A stretch of DNA of 63,803 bases, counting the filler, from Reticulomyxa filosa (lineage: Eukaryota; Protista; Foraminifera), in NCBI GenBank assembly GCA_000512085.1. It is 12 parts of 12 records of this genome, joined end to end, with 100 filler letters (N's around TTAATTAATTAA, not from the genome) between each part and the next. Parts side by side here need not be neighbours in the genome. Positions count along the whole stretch, not along the records: positions 1 to 23,860 come from ASPP01011259.1; 11 more parts are not named here. The stretch is one strand, 5' to 3'. Numbering within the stretch: position 1 is the stretch's first letter; every line of letters starts with the position of its first letter. Of this stretch, positions 1-11,851 are shown in pieces. Both the position numbers and the translations under genes were made by a program. The notes beneath the pieces are model-generated. The model did not search any database, was not told where the DNA came from, and saw only the letters and a program-made list of their open reading frames with translations.

Positions 1-243
1 AATAATAGTAATAGCAATAATAATAATATCAAAAGTAACAATAACAATGATAATGACAAAGCCAAGGGAAAAACAAACACAAAGGAAGAAAACGACTTGA
101 ATCGAATATTTCGAGACAAATTTGCATCAACAATGGCGTCGGACACAGAAAATGAGTCTGAGTTTGACACCGACACGACTAATGCAACTGACAATAGTGC
201 TGATGACAATGCTAACAGCAACAATGATAATGATAACAATAAC

Positions 244-275
<32 letters not shown>

Positions 276-3200
276 TGATGAAAATGCTAAAAAAAATAAA
301 AAGAAGAAGAAAAAAAAAAGGTCAAAAAAAAAAAGCAACAAAAAAAAAAGCAGTGCCAAAGCAGACAATGAAAGAAGTAAAGAAACAACGAAACGGATTT
401 GAGCAAGTGAAAGAGAAGCTCGAGGAACTGGACAAGAACAAAAACTCAAAGTTGATGTTCGAGCAATTCCTCGAGCTATGTCAATACTTTGATTTGGACA
501 TAACGGCCGCCGAGGCTAAGCAAATCTATCAACACTCACAGCAATTGACCACGCAATTCGAGTTGGCTTTGCCCGACTTTATCGATCATGTGAAAGAGGA
601 GTACTTATCTTTCCCCGACTTGTCCGCCGCCGAGCTGTTGCAACGACTGTTTGCCAAAACCATTCAGGAGTCGTCAGCCATTGATCGCTTCAACCAAATC
701 CTGCTCGACAACGCAATGTCGCGAGGGGAGTTTGAAATGCACAGCACGTCCCTTCGGCAAGAGCACTGGGAAAGAACACACTCTTTAAACCACGCCGATG
801 ATAACAAAGTCCCCGCCATTGGCGACATCCACGGCAATGGCGACGGTGACGACGACGACAACACCGCGAACAATTGGTTCCCGGACAGTGCTTTGCTTCC
901 CACTCTGTTCGCCGACACAAAAAGTGGAAGCAATTTGTCTTTGGTCCCGCCTTCGTTTGTCAACAATGGCTTGCAATCGTTGGAAACAAACAGTCCAATG
1001 GCCGATTTGCATGAGTTTACCAAAAAATATATATATCTTTTTTAAAGTTATATTACAAATCAAGTGTATATGTATATGTATATATGTAAATATGTATTTG
1101 TGTATCTGCGTATATAACACATACATAAATATATATATACATATATACATATATACATATATGCACATACAAACAGAAATGATGCATTATCGCGGGTGCA
1201 CTCTTTACGAGTGAGCCAACATGGATTGATTGCGCATGACAGCCCATTATTGAGACGTATCCATCGCAATGAGCTGCGACAGTACGTGAACAACCACAAA
1301 AGCATTTTGCAGGAAATGACGCCGGTCAAGTTCATGGAGAGCGTTCGGAAGATACGCACTGGGACGGTGTTGACGGACCAGGAGTTGAATGTAATGTTCG
1401 ATGAATGGAAGCTATGCATCGACCGACAAGATTACAAGTTTTCCGATTTGCATGAGTTAGATTTTTTGCTCTTCCATTTGGGCTTTGTCGTTTCGCGGGG
1501 TCTCTTGTCCAAACTGTCGGCTTCCCCTCTGTCCGCCATCGACGAAGACGCGGAAGTCTCCATTGCATACACCGGCACCGCACATGTCTCACCCATGACG
1601 TTCCTGACACCTTCGTTTATGGAAACGGAAGAAGCGACTAGGAACATGTTCAACCTAAAGTCCGAATTAGGCGCACGTCTAGACAAGACCAGAAACGCAT
1701 TGCCCAGTGGTGCCGAATTGGTGACGACCGGAAGTTTGCAATCGCCAGTGGACGAAAGCATAAGCAGTCCAAAAGAGAAAACTATTCCTTTTACGCTGTC
1801 GGATCTAGTGGGCGAGTTTATTGACGAACATGATAATATTATTCGCATTTCCGCAATCGCGGATGAACCAGACACACCCATGTCCACCAGCGTTCGTCCG
1901 TTTGCTAGTCCTGTCCCTTCGGCTTCCTTGTCCCCTCGCTTCAGCGCAATAGATAAAGTGGAAATGGCCTTGTCACCTGTCGTCCCACACAAGCCCGCCG
2001 TGACGCGGTGGAGAAAGTCGTTGAGCAATGTGCTGCCCCCGCCAATCCCTCATAAAAGCGCAAACTATCCTTTGGTCCCCTCTAGCGGAAGTCTGGACCT
2101 GAACAGCGAGGCCGATACTCTCGACATCAACTTCCCGGATGTGTCCACTCTCACCAACGAGCAGTTCAAAAAGAAAGACGTTCACGTTCGAAGAAGAAAT
2201 CACTCGGCCATTGATGGCTTGGCAGGTACTTGTAAAACTATATTCTACGTGTTTCATGTCGAGTCAATATTATGACTGATATTGACTAAAAATATATTAC
2301 ATATATGTATATATTTTATATACATTTATATATACAAACCATAAAAACGTTAAAAAAAAAAAAAAAAAAAAGTTATAAATGCTTTGTTTGTTTTTTTTAA
2401 CAAGCTCGTCGAGATTCACTCGAAAATACAGACATTGACGCAGTGAACGCATATCAGATAGGCCAAGCTCGATACTGGGTTCGAAGTAACTCAATCCGTG
2501 GCGAAGTCGTGGATGGCATGTTGTCGCCGATTAATCCCCAAGGAGATGGCGAAAAATCGGCGGGAGACCAGTCGCTGCACAGACGCAAGATTAGCCACTC
2601 GAATACTCCGTCGACGGCGACAGCTTATGTGCTTTCGACCAAGTCGACGGGCCCACCGTCCATCCAAGATGACAGCACAAAGAAGAAAGAGAAAGAGAAG
2701 AAGAAGAAGAAGGAGCAAAAAGAAAAAGAAAAAAAGAGATAGTCAAAAGATTAACCGAAGTCAGACGGACACATTTGAAATAATGAGTGATGACAACGAC
2801 AATAATGGCGACAACGACGACAATGACGACAATGACGACAATGACAAACAATAACATAACATCATTCGTGCTGGCAAAGGCACATTATTGGCGACATTGT
2901 CGATAGGATTGCACAACAACGACACTGCACGCAAAGATATGGTCAGCGACGACGAGTCGTTATTCAAAATGGTGGAGAGCTTACCTCTCGGCTCTCCTTC
3001 GTTGAAGTCGCCAGCAGATAACGACGTGGCAGACGCACTGGACCCTTTGGACGTGGCCAGCGACACGAGTGGGATGATGACGATGTTGATGACAGCAAAT
3101 GACCATCAAGAAAAGATTGCAAAAGCGCAGAAGCGAAGAAAGCTAAAGCCGAGTCGGTCGTTTAGCAATTTGATGGAAGGGATCGAAAGCAGCAAGTCGT

Positions 3201-4199
3201 ACCAAGAAATGCTAAAGAAAGAACAAATATCAAAAAAAAAGCAGCAAACATTGACCAATGTTTTTCTTCCCGCTTTACTCACAAAAAACGATGTGCATCC
3301 AAATCATTATCACAGTTCGTTTCCAAAGAGGTCCAGAGCTGTCGTCACGGATTATAGTCCAAGTAATAGCAATGAGCCCACTACCATGGCAACAGCAACA
3401 GCAACAGCGACAGCAACAGCGACAGCAACAGCGACAGCTACGACGACTAACATTATCAAAAACAATTCCTCTCGTTCTAAACACGATCGCAAACATTCGC
3501 TACAATTGCCAATGAGTGAGACAAGTATGGAAATGAAAGGACAGAGTGTGCATCTGACTGACGATGAGTTCGACAAGGCTCCTTCCGCTTCGGAGACTCC
3601 AAAGTTTACGTCATTTGTCCAATCATCGATGCCATTGAGCGAGGAAGAGGAAACTTGGAACGACCAAGAACTCAAAAAACAAATGGAGTCACTTGCTAAC
3701 AAAACTCTTCAAACTGCAAAACCACCCAAAAAAAACAAAAAAAGAAAAGTCCAATCAATTCGAGGCTTTGCTGAAAGGCACTCCACAAAATCTCAATGAG
3801 TTTGATGCGATCGAAATGGACATGACCGAAAAGAATAACACTGCCAAAAAAATCATGTTTGACCCGTCGGCTCACACTGCCTTCTATGATCCTTCCACTA
3901 ATATGATCATTTGGAGTAATGGGAAAAAATGGGTCCGAAAAGATTTTGTTCCATTTCGAGGGCGATGGAGGGATCCTCAAGGTCATCTTATTTCTATTGA
4001 AGAAAATGGAATGGTCACTTTCATTGAACCCAAGGAATTGGGAAACTATGCTGCTGTTGTTTGTGGCTTTTATAAAATTGGAATCAATTATACCAATTAT
4101 ACATACACTGCTAAATTGATTGATAAAAATATGCTCAGGTGGGATAATGGAATTGTCTGGAAACGAGTAGATAAACCAGAATCTTGTTTGGTGATGTGA
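1..4199 (+). CDS. Large multi-exon low-complexity protein (5' end probably outside window) with degenerate EF-hand-like region, C-terminal Trp-rich beta domain and CaaX end
   Basis: ORFs 97-402, 122-1045, 1196-2275, 2443-2742, 2888-3799 and 3693-4199 chain together. The intron 1015-1176 (GTTTAC..CAG) keeps frame (DLHE|NDALSRVH), a second intron lies at about 2226-2404, and the other frame changes fall in poly-A Lys tracts. EF-like loop DKNKNSKLMFEQF; ends ...PESCLVM*. Confidence 0.6.
3389..3442 (+). repeat. Coding hexamer repeat (GCAACA/GCGACA)n giving an (Ala-Thr)n tract
   Basis: Visible directly; translates ATATATATATATATATAT. Confidence 0.9.
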
Positions 4200-6503
4200 A
4201 TACTTTTTTTTTCCCCCCCTTCCTTTCTTCTTCTTCTTTGTTGTGCTCTCAAAATTTGATACAGGTTTTTTTTCTCTTGTCGTAAAGGTGCCAACCAAAA
4301 TGGTCTCTTATAAAGCATTATGTAAATTGAGTATCATTTATGATCCATCTTTTCTTCTTTTTTTTTTTTGTTTCAGTTGCGTGAATCTTCCTAATTCCAT
4401 TGTTAAAATAGAAACACCTTCTGCAGCTTGCCAAAAAAAAAAAGAAACACGTATAATGTAACTTTTTCTCTTTTTTTTTTTGCGGTTTGTAATACGGAAA
4501 AGCATTCAATGAAAACTTGACTTAACAGCTTTACATGACCAAAACACAACTTGTAATTCATAAGAAATATCCAATAAAAGTATATACAATGCACAGTAAA
4601 AGATATTGTTCGTAAAAATTACAAAAGAGAATAACATATTTAACAATTGAAATCAAATTTTAAGCAAGCAAATCCATAAATGTCAATGAAATAACATTAA
4701 TAAACGATATCTTGAAGAACAAAATCTGAAAACACTAAAAACATCAAGTTATTTATGTTAATTGCAATTACTTAGTTTAACATTATTATATAACATACAA
4801 GTTAAATGTAATAATATCAATTGACATTTACTATAAATTAAACACAAAATAATTATTCCGATTTCACGTATATGCCGCCAGATACAAGATAGTATATCAC
4901 AATAATAGTATTAAATTGAGTAAATATTAATAGTAATAGTAATCATTTTAAATGAGACTATATAAAATAGCCAATATTGCATTAAATAATAACTTAAAAA
5001 TTTATTGTATGAATTATTTATATATTATCTGATTTTTCATATCACACGTTATAGTGATAGCTTCAAGGTTAACTATGCTACATTGCATAACAAAATCATG
5101 TGACAAGAAATAGTTTGAATGTATTGTATAAACGTAATATAGCCATACAACTATGAAAATATCAACATGCTTCAAAACAAATACACTAATAAAGATAAAA
5201 CAATTTTAATTACTTCTTCACAAACATAGTAATGATAAAATAACAAAATAAAAATATTAAAACTAAAGTCATTTAATACACATATACACTACATTGAACT
5301 AGACTTCAGCACAATATGTTGAATAGTCAATCAATATGATACTATAAGTACCTTTTTTAGGTAAGTTTTAGTATATTGTTAAATTAAATCTTTCAAAATA
5401 TACAGTTCAGTATATTCATCATAATATCATGAAAATTTAAGAATCAATGGTGTTTTCAAAATTCTTTATTTGTGACAATAAACTTGTCAAAATCCGCAAT
5501 GCACAAATATATTGAGACTTTACCCTCAAATAATTCAAAGCGAACAATTAATTGGTATATTACCAAAGTTTTATTAAAAATTAAACTAAAAATGTACCTA
5601 CTATATCGGCGAAACTCTAAAGGAGTTGTGGAGCTCCAGTGCTAAACTCTGTTCTAAAAACAAAATTTCAGTAAAACAAAATAATCAAATAAAGATAATT
5701 CATAAAAGACAAAGAAAACCACTAACCAAGAAAAGAAGAGCGCTATTTGTTGACAAAATTCCTTTCGTATTGTATTTAGTCTAATGTTTCTGCAATAACA
5801 TACAAATTATTTATTCTTTATTGTTGTTTTGATTGAAAATGTAATGTAATTAATTTGTGTTTTATATTGAGATTCTATCTTTTATTTTTAATTTAAAAAG
5901 CAATACAGACAATTTAATTTCGTTTCTGGGGAAAAAAATTTCATTTTAGTTGTTATTACCACTTTCTTTTTATAGTCTTAGCAAAATATTAATTCTTTTT
6001 AGGTTTTTTTAGCTTTTTTATTGTTGTAACTGTATCAATGTTATTTTTTCATTTTGTTTTGAATAATGATCATCGACGACAATTTTGTCGTCAATGAATG
6101 CTTGTGAGTGATTTTTGTTCTTGAAAGTATTACCATTCGCTTGCAGTGTCGTATCCATAAAAAAAACCAAATAATAAAAATTGGAAAAAAAGAAAAAACG
6201 TGGAACAAAAAAAGAGGGGAAAAATAGTGATCAAAAGTTGTAAACTGCTTTCATTCTAATATACGATTAAGTTTTTGGAAAAATTTCGAAAAATGGAATA
6301 AAGAGACATCACGATTTAATAACAATTAATAAATAAGAAAAATTAATTAATCAATGTTTTTACTGACGTTTTTCACGAATCGATTAGAGTGACCGACAGT
6401 GTCCAGTTTTTTAGTTCGAGACGCTCCAAGTTCAGGAAGCTTTGGGAAAACTTGGTTGCCTTTGTGTTTTTGTTATTCTTTGCTTTCAGTAAAAGTGTAA
6501 AAC

Positions 6504-9154
6504 ATGACTTTGTGGAGAAATATTGTAAGATTACTATGTCTTTCTTTGTCGTTGTGGGGAGCTGGTGCGTTGAACGCAATTGACTTAGCCACCCCAACGT
6601 CAGTCAGTACATTCACCTGTTTTAAGAATTCTGGGTACTCAATCGCGATCGTCCGAGGATATCGGTCGTCTGGTTCAACAGGTCTTAATATTTTTTTTTT
6701 CTTCGCTCCCCTCTTGCTCGCATTTTCAGTTTGCATTTCGTTTTGTCTCAACCTCGTGACAAACAATACATAAAAAAAAAAAACAGATTCCAACGCCCTA
6801 ACCAACATTGCCAACGCAAGATCAGCAGGTTTCCAATATGTTGATGTGTATGCTTTCCCTTGCCGTGGCATAAGTGCAACTACTCAAATGAATCAATTGG
6901 TGGATTACTTGGGGAGCTCAAAATACGGAATGATCTGGTTGGATTTAGAGTCAAACCCACAGTCAAGCTGCGATTGGAAATCGTACAGCAACACGGACAA
7001 CTGTAATTACGTTAAGGAAATGGTTTCCGCTGTGAAAAATCGTGGCAAGCAAGTTGGTATTTACAGCAGCTACGGAAACTGGGAGTCGATATTTGGAAGT
7101 GCTTCTGCTTGCAGCTCTTTTACCAGTGTTCCATTATGGTGAGTTAAAAAAAAAAATCATCAACGCAACGTATACTTCTCGCTGTTACAAAAAAGACAAG
7201 CCCTCATCTGCCCCCCTTTTTTTTAATGGAACATAAAAAAAAAACTTAAAATACGTACATAAAAAAAAAAAAAAGGTATGCTCACTACGACAACACGGCA
7301 AGTTTCAGTGATTGGTCAAATTATCATTCGGTGGATGGACCAAGCCAGCAATGAAACAGTATGTGGGTGACACGACAGTGTGCTCCACGGACGTGGACAA
7401 GAGTATCGAAAATGGCTTTTACACCAGCAGTGCCTACACTGGTGGATCAAGTAATTCCTGCACTAAGCCAGTAAGCCAAGGTGGTGTGTCTGTAAAATTC
7501 CCATCCGGTGTTTCGTTGACATCTATTCAAACATGTGATACCGCGTACACTGATCCTAACAATGCTGGTTAAGAAAAAATTTTTTGTTTTTTATGAGATG
7601 AAGTGTGCCGTAAATTAAAAAAAAATTTGAAGGAAACGTATTAAAAAAATTATGAAAAATAAATGGATAGGCACTTATGTATTTAGTATCTCGTCCTCAG
7701 GATCAACGACGAAATTGTCCACCAACTTCCAATTGGGTGAGTTCAAATCGCCTGACAACGCTGATGGTGTTCGAGTGTCGCCCACTTTAGTGACTTGCTT
7801 GCAGAACATTCGAACCAACCTGCAAGTTGCATTGTACATTGAAACAGCTTATGAGACGACCACTTACAGCAGTAGCCACAATGGAGGTGCCACTCAATCG
7901 TATCACATGAGTGGTACTGGGGCGGATGTGTATATCACTGGAGATGTGATGACGCTCGCCAAGTCAGTCATTTGCCAATGCCGAGATCTGTTTGTATCGA
8001 ATTCCAAAGACATTGGTTTGGGATTGGGTGACACGTTTGTGCATGTGGACATGCGCTCGAGCTATTCTTCCTGGGTGGAAGCGGGAGCAAAATATACCGC
8101 CTCGCAGTGGCAGACTTATATCTACAACACGTATAACTCGTGCAGTGGCAAATACCCTGGCATTAACAATGTCGCAACGGTAAACAACGCAGATCATACC
8201 TCTGGATGCTCTGGAAATGGTGTGAAATTCCCGAACACATGCTTAACTCCTGTTTATTACACGGATTCCAAATACAAAGGTATGAACATCGTTCAATTTT
8301 TTTTTTATCAAATAAAAAAAATAACATGTTATAATTGTTTCAATAATTATATCACAGATCCTAACAACGCCGGTGAAAGCTTGTTCAGTGCCAAGCAAAG
8401 TGGATTGAACACTTTGTTGAGCAACAATTTTGCAGTGAAAGAATTTGTATGCAAAGATGGCAGTGACGGATTCAGATTGGCCCCGGAGTTGGTCCAATGT
8501 TTGCAAGCAGTAAGAGATACGTTAAAAAGTGCAGTGTATATCAACAGTGCCTATCGTACAGTGACGCACAACGCTGATGAAGGTGGTGCCCAATACTCCC
8601 GTCACATGTCCGGAACAGCTGCCGATGCATACAGCAGTGCTGGATTGTGGAACTATGCAAATGCAGTCATTTGCAAATGCCGTGCTATCTTCCAAAGCAA
8701 TGGCCAAGATATTGGTTTGGGATTGGGCGGCACATATATTCACGCTGATATGCGTCCTTATTACAGCTATTGGATTTATTCGGATGCAAGCATGACTGAA
8801 AGTGCCTGGAACAATTACATTATGAGTCAGTGGTCTAAATGCTCCACTTCGTCACGCGTTGAAATTACCGATCAAGATTATAATGAAGATCAAGATCACA
8901 CTGATGAAGATACCGGAGAAGGCGTTGAAACTGACACCGTAGATGGCAGTGCTCAAAGCTCAAGCAGTTCCAGCTCAGGAAATGATAGCAACAATACGAA
9001 CGTCATTGTTCCTGTTGTCGTTGTTGGTGCGCTTGTAATCATTGCTTTGATTGCATATTTCACCTATCGTCGAGTTGCGCTTAACCGCAAATCAGCTCAA
9101 CAAAGAGATGGTGATATTCCTTTAACCAACTATGTCCATCTTCAAGATGCATAA
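6504..9154 (+). CDS. Type I membrane protein: signal peptide + protist-type GH25-like lysozyme + 2x peptidase M15A (Hedgehog/DD-peptidase fold) + acidic/Ser stalk + TM + short tail
   Basis: Exons 6504-6681, 6787-7138, 7276-7567, 7671-8279 and 8358-9154 splice in frame at GT-AG. Lysozyme motifs: IDL, AIVRGYRSSG, VDVYAFP, IWLDLE, GIYSS..W, PLWYAHYD, FGGWTKPAMKQY. M15A motifs: LSxNFxxxEF, HMSGT(G/A)AD, HxDMR in each copy. TM helix VIVPVVVVGALVIIALIAYFTY. Confidence 0.88.
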
Positions 9155-9415
9155 ACTTCCTTTCTTTTTTTTTTATGTCAAAAAAAAAGTCAAGTCACTT
9201 TTTTATGTGCAGATTCTTTTGTTTTTTTTTCTTCTATTGCTACACCTATCAAATTTTCATTTTTTTTTGTTAAAACTTGAAACCATTTACAATGTTGGCC
9301 CAGCCTTTATCGGCCAGCAATGCCATTGTTGCACTTGACAGTATGCTCATTCGCTTGAGTACTATTTGATAAATCCTTCTCAAATCTGATTTTGCAAGGA
9401 GATTCAGAAAAAGCT

Positions 9416-10700
9416 TTACTTAAAGGAGAATAAGATGTACATAAAAATTAAACGGAGCCAGGCAAAAAAATTAATACATTTACTTTTGTTTAAATTGATA
9501 TAAATACAATGTGATTGTTTCAAATTAGATAATGATATCAATGTGATTATGATTGTTGACGAATTGTCAGCTGCAATTTTAATACTATCTTGATATGCAG
9601 CAAAATAAAGATCATCCAATCCGGTGAAAGCGAGTTTTGCTTCATCCGCAATTAAAACTGCAAAAAGGGCTCCGGCCAGGTGATCACTTTAATAAAATCT
9701 AGTTTTCGAATCAATAATAAATCCACAACTAGTTAGCGCATACTTCCACTTTGAGCATCAGCATGCATCATTGCTAAAATAGATGCTGCATTTCCGAAAC
9801 AATTACAATATTGCAATGTGTTTTAGGTACTATCATGCTTAGCAATCGCGATAAGTATGTGCCAATACATTATTAGACTGGCTTCTAAGCAACATTACTA
9901 TCTATTATCAGTTATATAACTCTTCAATTTCATTTGATTACTTATGTCTCAACATCGAATGGCAACAAATCGATGATGTGTTAGCGGAAAATATGTTATT
10001 ACCCCCCTTTGGATGACTTTTTGATTTTATTGATTTAATGGGCCAGTTCTTCAATCGTTGGATCTGCTGTTTTTGATACAACATGTAATAATGATATATT
10101 ATCCTTGTGATGTTGAATGATGTGATCTGTAGTGTCTTCGTGTGTTTGCTTTGCTTGTAAATCTTTCTTTGTCTCATCTGAATACAGTATATTTGTATCA
10201 AGTAGTCAATGTTATTAACGTTATGTTGTGTCAAAGATATTGCTGGATTATTTGCGTTCATTGTGTGTTTTGTCGTTGATTATTGTTTATATATATATGA
10301 TAATAGATAAATGTCAACATTCGATTTGCTTGCATTACATTTGGTTTGCTTCCAGTTCCTTGCGTGTTTTGCGACTATGTTTTAATGTAGTTGTTTTAAT
10401 ACTTGTGTGAAGTTGTTAGTTTTGCTTGATTTATTGTGATAAATTATGTACATATACTGTAATTATCGTTTTGTAGCTATCATCTTGATGTGAATATTTA
10501 TTTTTTTCTATATTCATCTTGTATGTTCGGATCAACTGTTGCTTTTTTCATTATGCTGGATGAATATTAATTTGGTAATGTATGCGAAGATTAGCCTGTT
10601 GAATCCACTGTAAACATACCTAATCCTCTTTTTTTGATTGGTAACTGATATTGCAGCCATTGGATCTCAGTTAAAGCATAAATGCTACCGTACCAGTAAA
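9416..10700 (-). mobile_element. Decayed non-LTR retrotransposon fragments (CRE/SLACS-like RT)
   Basis: Minus strand 9720-9470 reads IIDSKTRFY*SDHLAGALFAVLI..YFAAYQDSI..IYINLNKS (RT domains 4-6). 10680-10615 reads LTEIQWLQYQLPIKKRGLGM, the post-RT LPxxxGGLG motif. Stops are present. Homologous to 46560-46788. Confidence 0.65.
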
Positions 10701-11851
10701 GTAATTTTTAAAGTATAGTCCAAAATCAAAAGATATTGCAATAATGGTCTTACAATTATCAAATAATAATTAATTTGTTGTAATATGTATAAATTTTCTC
10801 TGATGACATTACTAATATAGCTTTAATTAAGTATTTCTCTAGTATACAAACCATTTCAAGTCTTAACATTATATTTACACTCGTACATATTGATTTGATA
10901 AATTATATTCAATATATTGTAATACACAAGACCAATCACCACAAAACGCTCAATTTTATCATATACTATCATGTGTCCTCTACAAATTAATAGCATATCA
11001 CATTCAATTAGTTTATCTGCTGTTGAATTCTATAATATAAACAAATCGAAAATTAAAGCTTATGACAAAAGAACTATTACATGACCACAAGCTAGACATT
11101 TATCATTAAATTTAAAAAATGTTAATTTTACTTTCAAATATCCAAAGTTAAAATATATTTCCTCGTCAGTTTATTCAATTTTCGACTACAACATGAAAAA
11201 CGTAGATAAAAGGAAATTGTTTAACAACATCATATTAATTCTCTAACAAATGAACAAACACGTATCCTTTCAAAAATTTGTTCTTCATTAACACACTGAA
11301 CTCAACTGTAGTATTATAATGCAACTATGATCATGTCTAATGTTTGTTAAAATGACACACGCAAATCATATATCCAAAATAATCGACAGCAAAACATAAT
11401 GCTAAAGAACATATTACAGTAAAATACTATCTATTAATGATTATAACAATAAGATATCGAACAACCAGATCTAAGTTATCAAAACTATTCATTAGAAGAA
11501 AAATACATAAATAATATCAATAATCACAATAATCGATATAGTCAAGTGTTGATAGCAGTTCAAACTATACAAAATCTCAGTCTGCGAATACATTTACATC
11601 AAAATTCAATCTCTTCTCAATGAATGTAGTCATACCATAGAAAAAACTGTTCTAACTTGTCATCTTTCATACATTCAATTTTCTTGTAAAAGTATCAACA
11701 GATCAAGTTGTCGTTTAAAATTGACTTACTTGAACCATGTTTGTTATATTCAATTTTGTACTTTTCAGTAATGTAACTTTTGGTTGCTAAAGTTCATTTA
11801 TAGTTTTTTTTAACATAATAATCGCAGCAAAGAAATTGCCGTATACTTTGC

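Noticed and set aside
290-3745. Repeated frame changes in poly-A tracts (also in the formin, F-box and EF-hand genes) suggesting programmed frameshifting
   Set aside because: All lie in long homopolymers, the typical site of sequencing length errors. No conserved slippery-site or stimulator structure is seen.
6504-9154. Bacterial or phage contamination as the source of the M15A/lysozyme gene
   Set aside because: It has four spliceosomal introns and lies on the same contig as intron-containing RPL21, RPS17 and actin-like genes.
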